A stretch of 64,000 bases of DNA from Alphaproteobacteria bacterium (GCA_049318825.1 JBMOFM010000002.1:20632-84631); one strand, 5' to 3'. Positions 37,202 through 47,817 are shown, counted from the stretch's first letter. Numbers and translations are program-made. Notes: generated by a model from the letters alone, not told the origin.

Positions 37202-40200
37202 TTATGATGAAGAACCATTGCGGTATTTTTCTAACACGCCCTTAAAGGTATCAATCTCAGAAACTTGCGCCCGTAAATTGGCTAGGGATGATAAGCCTTC
37301 ATCGCCATTGGGGCGGGTGATCAGGTTAAAAGTATCCATATCATTTTTTTCAGCAAATTTGCCGCTATATAAGGTGCGTAGGCCATTCAGCCCTTCTTTA
37401 TCGCCACTCAGAGAAATAGCCACCGCCTGATTGAGTATTATCCTTGCCTGTTCACCTTTAATACCATTTTGCGGTATAGGGCCAGCTAAACGCGCCAGCG
37501 CCGTGGCTACCACATTCCAGCGTTTAGAACGCCAGCCAATATCGGCCCGCAAGCGTTCTACATCATTGCCGCTCAGCCCTTCCAGCTGCTCTAACGCCTT
37601 ATCAACCCGTGCTAGGCGTGAAAAAGCATCAGCCCGCAATAGTTTAATTTCTTGTTTGGTTGGATCATTTGCTGTTTCTTGGTTGATTGAATCCAGCATG
37701 GAAAGGGCTATATCGGCCTTACCATTTAATAAGGATAAACCAGCCGCCCGCAAAGCCAGCCTATTTTTAACCACAAGGTCAGTTTCTTTTTTGAATTGCT
37801 CGGCCAGTAAATTGGCGGCTTGATCCAGTAGTTCTACATCTGCCATGCGGTTAGATAGCTTTTCTACTGCTTTGGTGCGTCCTACCCCTTCCGGCAATAG
37901 GCTATTGAAATCCTTAAATAGGGCGGCAGCTTCCACAATTGGTAGCTTATCCGCGCCACCTTCAATAAATAATTGCTGAAAACTATCAGAAACGGCCTTA
38001 TCGGCGGCTAATAACAGGGTGGATTGAGGGAAACGGTTTTTCACATTACCAATACTAGCAAAACCATCGCGATATTTGCCCATTTGTAATTGGGCAACTC
38101 CCATATCAAAGACCATTTTCTCTTCTAATTCATCGCCACGCCATGCATAAATTAATGACTGATAGCGCTCAATCGCTAATTCCGGGGTAATTTTTTTATT
38201 TTTAATGAGTAGGGGCAGTAATTTTGCTTCAGCCATTACCTTAAAATAGGCATCATGTGAAGCCATGAGTGATTTTAAGTTTTTTTCAGGATCTTCATTT
38301 TTCATTTCAGCCAGTAATGCCTTAAAATAATGCAAGGCTGGTTTGGTGGCCACGCGCATATAGGCACTCTGTTCTGTTTTCTTGTCTTTAGTTTTTTTCT
38401 CATTCGCTGCGGGTTTTTCGATATGTTCGATGGTTTCCAGCACTTCTTCAGCAATTTTGCTATCTTTTAGCTGGATGGCCGCTTGTAATAGGGAGCTAAA
38501 AATAGCTTCCTGCAGTGGTTTGCTGCTATCTTTAAAGGTGGCTACGGCTTTTTCTAGGTCGGGGCTAACCTTATCCCATTGTTTTTGTTGAATATGGGCT
38601 AAGGCGCGCCATAATGCTATATCATCAAACTCATCCATGGCGCTATTGCTTAATAATTTTCTGGCTTCTTCGCCCTTGTGCATTAAGGCTAAAGATGCTC
38701 CTTTTAGCCCTTGCATTTCCAAGGCATTCATGCTGGCTGGGTTATGGCGTATGGTCAGATTAAGATAAGCATCGGCTTCATGGCTATAGCCAAAAGCCAG
38801 ATGTAGCCGTGCCAGATTAATAAATTGATTGATTGATTCTGCGGGTATTTCGCTTTTGGAGGCTTGTCTTTCCAGTTCTTGCCGTCTTTTTTGTAATTCA
38901 GGATAATGGTTGGTTTGCCAATCACCCAATTTTAAGAGGTTAGAATTTTTACGGCCACTAAATATAGAACCCAAAGGATGGCTTGCGGTGAGTAAACCAT
39001 CCTTTGGTAACAGCAACAAATAATGATTTTGTGCATCAACTTTAATATGATCGGTTTTTAATTGCCATACCAACCCTTGGAGGGTGGGCAACACCGATAT
39101 TTGCTGCATATCCCTACTTTCTTGATTGCGCAGACCAGAAGAGGCCACGGGTAACACCAGTAGGCGATTGCCCAAAATAGGATCAACCACATCCAGTGGT
39201 TTTATGTCTTCAGAGGGCATATGGGCGCCTAATACGGTTTTACCATCATGTTCTAACATGCGGTGGGTGATATTAGACGTAATGGCTTTGCTATTTTCAC
39301 CAATCATCCAAGCAAAACCTTGCTGCCAAACCACCATTTTATCGATGATGGATGGTTGATGCGTGGTATTTGTATCTTTTTGCGATAATTTAACGGGTAT
39401 GTTGCTTGAAACATTGCGTAATTCCAATGAAATCACATTGGTGGCACTGTTTTTTTGCGGCCATAGATGGGGAGCGCCAAATATTTCCTTACCCTTTTCC
39501 GTAATTTTTATAGCAGAAGGGTTCAGCGGGTGATCCGTGATGAGTAATAATTGATCAGCCAATTTTACAACGGCAATTTTTAAGGGGATAGGCGGCTGTA
39601 TTTCTAACCATGAGTTAATAATAGCCGCTTCTTCCGCTTTGGTGTTGGCTGTGTTTTCAGCCCCTGCTGGCCCATGAGCCGATGGCGTGGTTTTAGTTTC
39701 TGCATGATGTTCTTCTTTATTATGCCCATCATTTTGGGCGGGCGCTGTTTCAGCTTTTTTTACTTCTGGTTTGGTTTCAGTTTGAGATTGATGGGGATCA
39801 ATAATTTTTACATCGCCCTCATCAACAGGGTTAGCGGCTTGATGTTGTTCTTCTTTAGCGGTGTTTTTATGCCCGTCTTTTTTCTGGAAACCGGGATCTT
39901 TACCGGCTTGAAATTCTTGTACTAAATCCACCACAATTTTATTTCCCATGCGGAAACTGCGGGCCCGCACGCCATTAGGCACAGCAAAAGATACAGTGGT
40001 TTTGCCATTTTTGATGGTAGAGCCAGAAAATTTTTGCAACTGCTTAAAAAAATTGGGACGGATTTGGCTGGCATTAACAGTAATGGCGGTTGGAAACTCT
40101 ATATTAACCCCTGCATTATCTTGGCTGGTGCTGAAGGCTATATTATTAGCAAAATCAAATACCACTCTGGTATGATCGGCATGCTGGCCAGCCCTTATCA

Positions 40201-40351
40201 TCACATTGCGGGCAGAAACTGGTTTAGCGGCTATTGCTGGTGCAGTGTTTTTTTCGGGATTTTTTATAGCTTTATCCTGGGCGATGGCAGCATCCGTCCA
40301 TAGCATAAAACCAGCCATTATTAGCCATAAATAAGAATGTCTTTCACTCAC
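37202..40351 (-). CDS. Large exported protein, AMIN-like N-domain plus TPR-like helical region (possibly flagellar-associated)
   Basis: Signal peptide, IRAGQHADHTRVVFDF, helical repeats, YAWRGDELE motif. Confidence 0.65.
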   Translation of the reverse strand: MSERHSYLWLIMAGFMLWTDAAIAQDKAIKNPEKNTAPAIAAKPVSARNVMIRAGQHADHTRVVFDFANNIAFSTSQDNAGVNIEFPTAITVNASQIRPNFFKQLQKFSGSTIKNGKTTVSFAVPNGVRARSFRMGNKIVVDLVQEFQAGKDPGFQKKDGHKNTAKEEQHQAANPVDEGDVKIIDPHQSQTETKPEVKKAETAPAQNDGHNKEEHHAETKTTPSAHGPAGAENTANTKAEEAAIINSWLEIQPPIPLKIAVVKLADQLLLITDHPLNPSAIKITEKGKEIFGAPHLWPQKNSATNVISLELRNVSSNIPVKLSQKDTNTTHQPSIIDKMVVWQQGFAWMIGENSKAITSNITHRMLEHDGKTVLGAHMPSEDIKPLDVVDPILGNRLLVLPVASSGLRNQESRDMQQISVLPTLQGLVWQLKTDHIKVDAQNHYLLLLPKDGLLTASHPLGSIFSGRKNSNLLKLGDWQTNHYPELQKRRQELERQASKSEIPAESINQFINLARLHLAFGYSHEADAYLNLTIRHNPASMNALEMQGLKGASLALMHKGEEARKLLSNSAMDEFDDIALWRALAHIQQKQWDKVSPDLEKAVATFKDSSKPLQEAIFSSLLQAAIQLKDSKIAEEVLETIEHIEKPAANEKKTKDKKTEQSAYMRVATKPALHYFKALLAEMKNEDPEKNLKSLMASHDAYFKVMAEAKLLPLLIKNKKITPELAIERYQSLIYAWRGDELEEKMVFDMGVAQLQMGKYRDGFASIGNVKNRFPQSTLLLAADKAVSDSFQQLFIEGGADKLPIVEAAALFKDFNSLLPEGVGRTKAVEKLSNRMADVELLDQAANLLAEQFKKETDLVVKNRLALRAAGLSLLNGKADIALSMLDSINQETANDPTKQEIKLLRADAFSRLARVDKALEQLEGLSGNDVERLRADIGWRSKRWNVVATALARLAGPIPQNGIKGEQARIILNQAVAISLSGDKEGLNGLRTLYSGKFAEKNDMDTFNLITRPNGDEGLSSLANLRAQVSEIDTFKGVLEKYRNGSSS

Positions 40352-40424
40352 GCCGACATACTCACTATTAACACGAAAAAATACACCTTCTTACCATTTG
40401 AAGGCAATGTTGGTTAATAGTGTG

Positions 40425-42149
40425 TTAGGATTCAGGTTCTTGTTGCAGTAGGTGAAAATTTTTTATTTTTGTGTCATCTTTCATGGTGCCATCAGTAATT
40501 TCCTGATGCGCTTCTCGGCGGGCGGTATTGTTTTCAATGGTTTGGCGCTTTTCGTGCCATTGATTTTCCCAATTAATCACCAGCGCTTCTTTACCCGCCA
40601 ATTCACGAATAAGTTCTTGGTCATCCAGCATTTTTTTGAGATCAGCCGCACTGATTTCAGGATTTTCTGCCATAATGCCATGAATTTGCTGTAACAACGC
40701 TTCCAAACGGGGATTTTCTGGCCATAAATCCCAATTACTATCGCTATGGTGGTATAAAGAGGGCTGCGAGAGCAATTTGGCCAGCATCACATACCACCAA
40801 CGATCCGCGAGGGGCGGGGTAATATGAGGGGAAGGGGGCAATAATGTGTGTTGCCTTTTGCCCCGTTGGCTGCGTTGCAGGCGCAATTTCTCATAAAATT
40901 GATCCAAGAGACCTTGGCGTAATAAAGGCTTTAAGCTGGCATCGGCTAATTTATCCACAAAGCTTAAGAGTTGCTGTTTTAAGCCCGCTTGACTTTCTGG
41001 CGAATGGAGCCGTGCATCACCTTCCGCTAAATGCCATAAAGCCGCTGAAAAAGGCAGAGCGTCCGCCACCACCCGTTGTAGGGCTTCCATGCCTTGCTTG
41101 TTCAATAGGCTATCAGGGTCTTCATTGGCGGGTAAAAAAGCAATATTCATGGTTTTTTCTGCGGTTATTAGGGGTAATAACCGTTCAGCAAGACGCATGG
41201 CTGCTTTCAAACCCGCTTTATCGCCATCTAAACAGGCAATGGGGGGCGAATCGCTGGTTTTCCATAGAATTTCTATTTGTTCTTCGGTAATCGCTGTGCC
41301 CAATGGTGCCATCGCCCGCCCAAAACCGGCACGGTGCAGGGCAATCACATCCATATAGCCTTCGGCCAGCACTATTTTACCGCTGCGCAATTGGCTGGCC
41401 TTATCCAGCCCATACAGCAACTGGCTTTTATGAAATAGGGGGTGATCGGGCGAATTGATATATTTGGGGCCATCGCCGCTTAAAATACGGCCACCAAAAG
41501 CCACCACGCGCCCTTTACGGTCGCGAATAGGAAACATTAAGCGGTTACGGAAAAAAGCACGGCTTTTCCCTTGCTCATCCTTACGCGCTAAGCCCACATC
41601 AATCAGCAAATGATCGTCAAAACCAGCCTTGCGGCAGGCTTCTAGAAATTCATGGCCATCTTGCGGGGCAAAACCAAGGGTGAATTTTTGTTGCCATTCT
41701 CGTGGCAATTGCCGTTGTTCTAAATAATTTCTAGCAACCCGTGCGCTAGGGGCATGGTATAATTGCTGCGCATACCAATTGGCTGCCATATCCAGCAAAT
41801 TAAACCATTGCTCTTCACGGCTTTTCTTTTTTTTATCATTCTCGCTCAGTTCTTCGCGCTGGGGTAGGGGTAAGCCAGCCATGGTGGCGGCTTCTTTTAC
41901 CGCATCATCAAAACTCAAGCGGTCATGATTAATCAAAAAATCAAGCGCGCTGCCATGCGCCCCGCAACCAAAACAGTGATAAAAGCCTTTAATATCATTC
42001 ACCGTAAAAGAAGGGCTTTTTTCTTCATGAAAAGGGCAACAGCCCTTATATTCACGCCCTGCTTTTACCAGCCGTACCCGCCGACCAACCACCGAGGATA
42101 GTGATAGCCGTTCGCGCAGCTGATCCAGAAACCATGATGGGTAGCGCAT
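40425..42149 (-). CDS. dnaG: DNA primase
   Basis: Zn finger CPFHEEKSPSF..HCFGCG, RLMFPI, KYINSP, EGYMDV, DGDKAG, DPDS. Confidence 0.97.
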   Translation of the reverse strand: MRYPSWFLDQLRERLSLSSVVGRRVRLVKAGREYKGCCPFHEEKSPSFTVNDIKGFYHCFGCGAHGSALDFLINHDRLSFDDAVKEAATMAGLPLPQREELSENDKKKKSREEQWFNLLDMAANWYAQQLYHAPSARVARNYLEQRQLPREWQQKFTLGFAPQDGHEFLEACRKAGFDDHLLIDVGLARKDEQGKSRAFFRNRLMFPIRDRKGRVVAFGGRILSGDGPKYINSPDHPLFHKSQLLYGLDKASQLRSGKIVLAEGYMDVIALHRAGFGRAMAPLGTAITEEQIEILWKTSDSPPIACLDGDKAGLKAAMRLAERLLPLITAEKTMNIAFLPANEDPDSLLNKQGMEALQRVVADALPFSAALWHLAEGDARLHSPESQAGLKQQLLSFVDKLADASLKPLLRQGLLDQFYEKLRLQRSQRGKRQHTLLPPSPHITPPLADRWWYVMLAKLLSQPSLYHHSDSNWDLWPENPRLEALLQQIHGIMAENPEISAADLKKMLDDQELIRELAGKEALVINWENQWHEKRQTIENNTARREAHQEITDGTMKDDTKIKNFHLLQQEPES

Positions 42150-42166
42150 GAATTTGCTAACACTAT

Positions 42167-42628
42167 CTAGGCGGTAAGGGCTTCTTTCACAATTTTATTG
42201 GCAATGGTCATGTCCAAACTACCATCCGCATAGCGGCTTTTTAAGGCGCCCATCACTTTGCCCATGTCTTTCACTGCCACCGCGCCCGTTTCACTGATAA
42301 TAGTTTTAACAATTGTGGTGATTTCTTCTTCGCTCAGCATTTTAGGCAGAAACTGTTCAATTAAGGTAATTTCACGCTCTTCCTTATCGGCCAATTCTGG
42401 CCGGCCACCTTGATGGTATAAAGCCATCGATTCGCGTCGTTGTTTGATCATGCCTTGCATCAGGGTAATAATTTCACTGTCTGATATGCCATCGGTGACG
42501 CCTTTGGGGCGGGCATCAATATCGCGTTGTTTGATGGCTGCTAATACCATGCGCAGGGCACCCGTGCTTTCACTATCACGGGCACGCATAAATTCTTTCA
42601 ATCGTTCATTTAATTGTTCACGCAGCAT
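42167..42628 (-). CDS. GatB/YqeY domain protein
   Basis: LR...AAIK, KQRRES...Y..GGR.ELA.KE, FLP.MLS, KDMGKVMG. Confidence 0.93.
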   Translation of the reverse strand: MLREQLNERLKEFMRARDSESTGALRMVLAAIKQRDIDARPKGVTDGISDSEIITLMQGMIKQRRESMALYHQGGRPELADKEEREITLIEQFLPKMLSEEEITTIVKTIISETGAVAVKDMGKVMGALKSRYADGSLDMTIANKIVKEALTA

Positions 42629-42744
42629 GGCGACTATTTCCTTCTTTTTGCTATTAACCGAGAATATAGCGCCATTTCATCGAAAAACTCAACTTACCTT
42701 TATGCCGAGGGGCGAATGTGAGACAAACAGGCAGTAAACAGCAC

Positions 42745-42767
42745 TTATCCCCAGAATCTGTGGATAA
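42745..42767. promoter_or_regulatory. Inverted DnaA-box pair separated by a GANTC site
   Basis: TTATCCCCA (1 mismatch) - GAATC - TGTGGATAA (perfect). Confidence 0.65.
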
Positions 42768-42809
42768 GCCTGTTTGCGAATCTGTGATCAATAGAATGAA
42801 AACTATCTC

Positions 42810-43643
42810 TTAACCAATATTAATAACGGGATGGGTTTCTTTTTCCGAGGTAATCGACACCAGCAAATTATTAATCAGGCTGATTTTCTTATCATCAGAA
42901 ACCGATAGCAGCCCTTCTTTGCTGAAATGATCCAACACGCTATCCACAATGGTGAGGGCATTTTCTACCAGATATTTTCTGGCTTGCAGTATGGCTTCGG
43001 CTTGTTGACGGCGTAACATGGCCATGGCTATTTCTGGAGCATAGGCCAAATGGGCAATGCGGGCTTCTGTAATAGTAATGCCCACCATGGCCAGTTTTTC
43101 TTGTAATTTTACGGCTAATAAATGGCCTATTTCATCGATATGGCCGCGTAGGGATAGACCATCTTCACTATCATAGGGGTGGGTGGCGGCAATGGCGCGT
43201 AGGGCTACATCGGCCTGATTAGCAACAAAAGCGCGGTAATCATCCACATTAAAGGCGGCTTTGGCTGAATCTTCCACCCGCCAGATAATTACTGCGCCAA
43301 TTTCAATGGGGTTGCCGCGTTGATCGTTCACTTTCAACTTATCGGTAATAAAATTCACCAGTTTGAGGGGGATTTTACGGCGGTTACTAAAGGGAACCGT
43401 CCAGATAAAGCCATTATTATGAATCGTGCCAATATATTGGCCAAAAAAAGTAACCACCCGCGATTCATTGGGGCCCAATACCGAAAAACCAGTGAGGCTA
43501 ACTGCCAGTAAGACGCAGATAACCGACCCAATAATGCTGTGAATAATACCGCTAGTGACTAATAACACCATCACCAAAATCATTAATAACAGCATCACAA
43601 AACCATTGGCAGTAAAAGCCAGTTTATCTTCAATTGACTGCAT
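42810..43643 (-). CDS. SPFH/band 7 domain membrane protein
   Basis: N-terminal TMs, FFG.Y.GT, KVND..GNPIEI, HLAYAPEIA.AMLRRQQA. Confidence 0.9.
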   Translation of the reverse strand: MQSIEDKLAFTANGFVMLLLMILVMVLLVTSGIIHSIIGSVICVLLAVSLTGFSVLGPNESRVVTFFGQYIGTIHNNGFIWTVPFSNRRKIPLKLVNFITDKLKVNDQRGNPIEIGAVIIWRVEDSAKAAFNVDDYRAFVANQADVALRAIAATHPYDSEDGLSLRGHIDEIGHLLAVKLQEKLAMVGITITEARIAHLAYAPEIAMAMLRRQQAEAILQARKYLVENALTIVDSVLDHFSKEGLLSVSDDKKISLINNLLVSITSEKETHPVINIG

Positions 43644-43672
43644 GGTTATATTCCTTAGTATAAAGTGGTTTA

Positions 43673-44158
43673 TTGGTGTTAAGGATGAATGAAATGGAAA
43701 TGGTAGTAATAATTTTTTCGGCCATTATTTTTTCTGAATTATCGGCGGCAGGATTTTTGTTATATAAGGCACTTGATTTTAAGAATAATTCGGCTGAAGC
43801 GGTGGCTAAATTAATTGCCTATGATTCCGCCACAAGAAAATTAACATTTCATTATCGCGATCAATACAGTCAAAGCCATGAGGTGCCAGCACCCATATTG
43901 CCTTTTGCTAAATCGCTTGTGGAAGCAGCGGCCAAGGCTAATATTGTGGGAATTTCTCCTAATAATTTAACCAAGGCTGTGGGCGATAAGCTCAAAAACT
44001 TATCCGTGGATATTTTATACGACATTAGAAACCCAGAAAAAATTAAGCCTAATAATCAGTTGCTATTATTTATTCTGCCCATTGCTTTAGGGTTATCATC
44101 TGTTACCACCTTGATTGCGCTGTTGATTATTAAGCAATTGGGGATAGTGCCTTCTTAA
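43673..44158 (+). CDS. Hypothetical 2-TM membrane protein (DUF3592-like layout)
   Basis: TM - soluble segment ending V.ILYD..NP - TM; start uncertain. Confidence 0.55.
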   Translation: MVLRMNEMEMVVIIFSAIIFSELSAAGFLLYKALDFKNNSAEAVAKLIAYDSATRKLTFHYRDQYSQSHEVPAPILPFAKSLVEAAAKANIVGISPNNLTKAVGDKLKNLSVDILYDIRNPEKIKPNNQLLLFILPIALGLSSVTTLIALLIIKQLGIVPS

Positions 44159-44163
44159 AAAAA

Positions 44164-44197
44164 TAACACCATCCTTTTATGATAAAGGATGGTGTTA
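44164..44197. terminator. Hairpin between convergent genes
   Basis: 14-bp perfect stem taacaccatccttt/aaaggatggtgtta. Confidence 0.7.
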
Positions 44198-44216
44198 AGT
44201 GGTGTTGCGTGCAGTG

Positions 44217-46571
44217 TTAGAACGACATTTTTACCCGTATCATGGCGGCGGCATCGGTAGCCCCCCTGATGTTATCGGCATCGTTGCGGTAGCTTAATTG
44301 AAAACCACCATCAATATTATCGGTGAGGGGGCGGTTATAACCAAGGTTAATATCAGTTTCACTACCATTGGGCACTAGGCTTACCTTTTTATTTTCAATA
44401 ATTGGGTTACCATCCAGATCAGTGCCCACGGGTAGGGCTAAAGAAGCATTACCCGAATAAACCCGCAATGGTTTTTCAAAGCTTATATGCAGTGTGTCTT
44501 TATTACCCGTTACATCCTGCTTGGCCAGAGCCACGCTAAAACCTTTGCTTTGTAGGCGAGAGGTGCCGCTAATTAGGCTGTTTTTATTATCGCTGGCGCT
44601 GGTGCTGGCATACACCGTATCCAACCCCAATTGATAGCCGCTGCCCAAATCGATATTGGCACCCACCCCAAAAGAGGTGCTATTAACCGAAGAACCCAAA
44701 TTCAGCAAATTGCCTTGAGTGGTAGAACCCAGCAACATGTTATTTTCATTCAACATGGAAGAGGTAAAAGAAAATTGCCAGCTTTCTTCTGGTTTCATGC
44801 TGTAAGAAACAGCCACTGCCTTGGCAGAGCGATCATCACTTAAAGTTTGGCTTTGGTAGAAATTTTGTGGGGTGGCTGAACCCAAGCTAACGGCCAGCCG
44901 CTCATTGTCACTTAAGGCAAAGCCAGTGGTGGCGTAGTTGGCTTCATCCACCGTGCTGAGAAGGGCACTGCCTGTGTGAATATCACTATTAAAAAAGGCA
45001 GTTTGTCCATTCCATCTGGCATCATTAAAGGAAAGGGCAGCACCAGATCCTTGGCCAACCCCCACATAGGTACCATTATCAGAAAAACCATAAGACCATT
45101 CAGCCGCAGATTTTCTGGTGGGATCATTGCTAAGATGGCTGGAAATGCTGTCCTTATTGCGGTTAACAGCAGTACTAGAGGCAGAAAAGGCTAGCCAATT
45201 GCCATTATCTTGCAGGGAAACAGTGCGGGCAGCCGCGCCTGTTTCACCCGTAACGCGTAAGGTGGCAGCGGATTGGCTGCTATTGGCGGCCTTAGCGGTA
45301 ACAGGGTTGCTGTTATAAAGGGGGAAGTCGCGGCCAAAATAATCATACCCCACTGCCTTGGTTAAAGCAGAAGAAAGTTGCCCCAAATTACCAAGGGCTT
45401 TACCCGCTACAATGCTGCCACCGCTCACGCTACCCACTTGTACATTTTTACCATTAACGGGTACGGATAATGTACCCACTTGTTGCATGGCTGCCGAAAC
45501 ATTAAGGAACCCACTGCCATAGGTAGCATCTACGCCGCTGGCTCCCAAATCGGTAGCGGTGACGGTTAAAATGCTGGGGATGGTGCCTTTGGATAATAAA
45601 AATGGCCATCTAGCAGCCAATAACCCTGCGGCACCGGTAACTTGTGGCGCGGCCATGGAGGTACCTGATAATTGGGTGATATAGCCATAGCCAACATCGG
45701 CGGTGCTTTTAAGGCTGGCACCCCATATTTTTTCACCAGGAGCCATTAACCACATATTGCTATAGGCATAAAATTGGCCGCTTTTAGAGGTAAAACCAGC
45801 CGTACCCGGTGTATTGCTGAAATAGCTGATTTTTTTATTAGCATCGGTTGAGCCCACAAACAGCATGTGTTTAATCGCATCATCGGTAAAGCCGGTGATA
45901 TTAGAGCCTTTGGCCAGATTTTCAGCAGCATTACCACCAGCAAATACCAGCAATGCCCCTTTAGAAGCAGCGTAATTGACTGCATCGGCAATCGATTTAT
46001 AAAAGGAAGCTTGTTGGCTGGCCGTACCGCTTGGGCCAAGGCTTAAATTCAGTACCTGCGCGCCGCGGTCAACCGCCAATTTAATGCCGTTATAAAGATC
46101 CGTGCCGCTACCAGAGCCATCTGCCCCCAATACTTGTACCGATAATAATTTGGCAGCGGGTGCCACCCCGCGCATACCACTTTTAGAAATAGACCCTACA
46201 ATTTCACTGGCCACAAAAGTGCCATGGCCATTTTGATCGGTAATGGTGGCATTTTTTAATGGGCAGGAACGATACATACAAACAGCACTATTTTTAGTAT
46301 CGATATTAGATGTGCCTGCACTTAAGGTATCATTATATTTGGCATCAAAGCCAATCCATTTAGAAATAATGCCCGTATCAATTACCCCGAAGGTAACACC
46401 AGCACCATTGCTGGCGGCGGCTTGTACATCGGTAGTGGCGCCAATCAATAGATTTTGGGTGGAATATTTATTGGGATCCACATCAGCGGCTGCTGCGTTA
46501 TTAATATGGAGGGTGAAGGATGTTCCAGACAGTAAAATATAGCTAAAAGCGATTATTTTTTTCATGCACAT
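44217..46571 (-). CDS. S8 (subtilisin) serine peptidase with C-terminal beta-barrel-like region
   Basis: Signal peptide, VIDTG, HGTFVA, GTSMAAPQV triad; amphipathic beta strands and terminal Phe. Confidence 0.88.
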   Translation of the reverse strand: MCMKKIIAFSYILLSGTSFTLHINNAAAADVDPNKYSTQNLLIGATTDVQAAASNGAGVTFGVIDTGIISKWIGFDAKYNDTLSAGTSNIDTKNSAVCMYRSCPLKNATITDQNGHGTFVASEIVGSISKSGMRGVAPAAKLLSVQVLGADGSGSGTDLYNGIKLAVDRGAQVLNLSLGPSGTASQQASFYKSIADAVNYAASKGALLVFAGGNAAENLAKGSNITGFTDDAIKHMLFVGSTDANKKISYFSNTPGTAGFTSKSGQFYAYSNMWLMAPGEKIWGASLKSTADVGYGYITQLSGTSMAAPQVTGAAGLLAARWPFLLSKGTIPSILTVTATDLGASGVDATYGSGFLNVSAAMQQVGTLSVPVNGKNVQVGSVSGGSIVAGKALGNLGQLSSALTKAVGYDYFGRDFPLYNSNPVTAKAANSSQSAATLRVTGETGAAARTVSLQDNGNWLAFSASSTAVNRNKDSISSHLSNDPTRKSAAEWSYGFSDNGTYVGVGQGSGAALSFNDARWNGQTAFFNSDIHTGSALLSTVDEANYATTGFALSDNERLAVSLGSATPQNFYQSQTLSDDRSAKAVAVSYSMKPEESWQFSFTSSMLNENNMLLGSTTQGNLLNLGSSVNSTSFGVGANIDLGSGYQLGLDTVYASTSASDNKNSLISGTSRLQSKGFSVALAKQDVTGNKDTLHISFEKPLRVYSGNASLALPVGTDLDGNPIIENKKVSLVPNGSETDINLGYNRPLTDNIDGGFQLSYRNDADNIRGATDAAAMIRVKMSF

Positions 46572-46915
46572 ATTATCCCTTGTTCTTTCTTGGGTTTTTT
46601 TATTTTTCTGAACCCTGTTCTTGGAAGCATGTTGCTATTGCTTCTGTGGTTTAGCCTAGACAGCCCGAATAAAATAAAAGTAAACAAGTTTTGCAAATGC
46701 AACATATCTTACGCTAAAGCGATTCAGCATAAAGGGAGAAAAAACTACCGCTGTTTTCTATTAAGGTCAAAGAAATAGGCATTCTTGAAATAATCACCGC
46801 GGATAAAAAGAAAACAAGACATGCATTTAATGCATAACAGATTATTTTTATTATTATAACGCAACTGCACAGCAAGGGGGTGGTGTAAGGGTTGATAAAG
46901 TAATATAATGAGCAT

Positions 46916-47455
46916 ATGGATAGAGATTTTACCCTTCGCGATATTACCCATGATGATTGGCAGGCTTTTGCCGCCATTCGGCTGGAGGCATTGCGTCTTC
47001 ACCCCGAGGTGTACGCTACCTTGTTGCAAGATGCGGTAAAAAATACAGTAGAAGATTGGCAACGGGTGATTAACCGAATGAAGCCCATTGGCATCTTTGT
47101 GCCAGCCAGCGAGCAAGCAAGCCCAAAAGATAAGCAGCAGGAGTTGGTGGGAATGATGGGCTATCTCTACCCTTCAGAATATTGCTCTGAATCAGCCATT
47201 CCGGTAGCGGTTTATGTGCGCGCCAGCCATCGTGGCTTAGGCTGTAACCAGATGATGATGGATTATATAAAAGAAAAAATCATGCGAGAAACCCCCGCCA
47301 AGCGCATCATCATCGATCATGTGGCGGGGAACGAGGTGGCTGGCCGTTCTTATGTGCGGGCGGGTTACCGCTTGATGGGGGTAAGAAAAAATCTGGATTT
47401 TCGCGCCGATGGCACCAAGGCCGATTTGGTGTTATATGAGTTGCCGCTACGGTAA
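46916..47455 (+). CDS. GNAT family N-acetyltransferase
   Basis: IRLEAL..HPE.Y, VYV..SHRGLG, N..A..SY.RAGY. Confidence 0.85.
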   Translation: MDRDFTLRDITHDDWQAFAAIRLEALRLHPEVYATLLQDAVKNTVEDWQRVINRMKPIGIFVPASEQASPKDKQQELVGMMGYLYPSEYCSESAIPVAVYVRASHRGLGCNQMMMDYIKEKIMRETPAKRIIIDHVAGNEVAGRSYVRAGYRLMGVRKNLDFRADGTKADLVLYELPLR

Positions 47456-47755
47456 AGGGGTATTTTTTTTGTTTTTTTCTAACTCCTGAGCCGTGCGAAT
47501 AATATTAAAAATACCCGCTACAAAGCCCAATAGCACCAGAATCATCATGAAAATAGGTTTAGTGTGCAGCCATTTATCCAAAAAATAGCCCAATACTAAC
47601 CCTACCGCTACCGCTGATAATAGCTCGATGGCCATGCGCATGCCAATGGCCATGCCCGCATTATTAACCGCTGCATTTTTTTTGCCATAAGGATTTTCTA
47701 GTTTTTCTTTAGCTCTGGCAATTTTATCGGTGAGATTATCGTTGTTTTGTTGCAT
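47447..47755 (-). CDS. atpI: AtpZ/AtpI family ATP synthase protein I
   Basis: GMRMAIEL...VGL.LGY.LDKW..TKP.FM....LGF.AG..N..R. Confidence 0.88.
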   Translation of the reverse strand: MQQNNDNLTDKIARAKEKLENPYGKKNAAVNNAGMAIGMRMAIELLSAVAVGLVLGYFLDKWLHTKPIFMMILVLLGFVAGIFNIIRTAQELEKNKKNTPLP

Positions 47756-47817
47756 ATTTTATTGTTTTTATGTATAAATTAAGCAATTACATTATACGCG
47801 CTGCAATGGGATGAGCA

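Noticed and set aside
42630-42810. Chromosomal origin oriC
   Set aside because: Only two DnaA boxes in about 180 bp, no clear AT-rich unwinding element, and no hemE, dnaA or parAB nearby
46590-47116. Short ORFs upstream of the S8 peptidase
   Set aside because: AT-rich promoter region or antisense to the GNAT gene; non-protein-like composition
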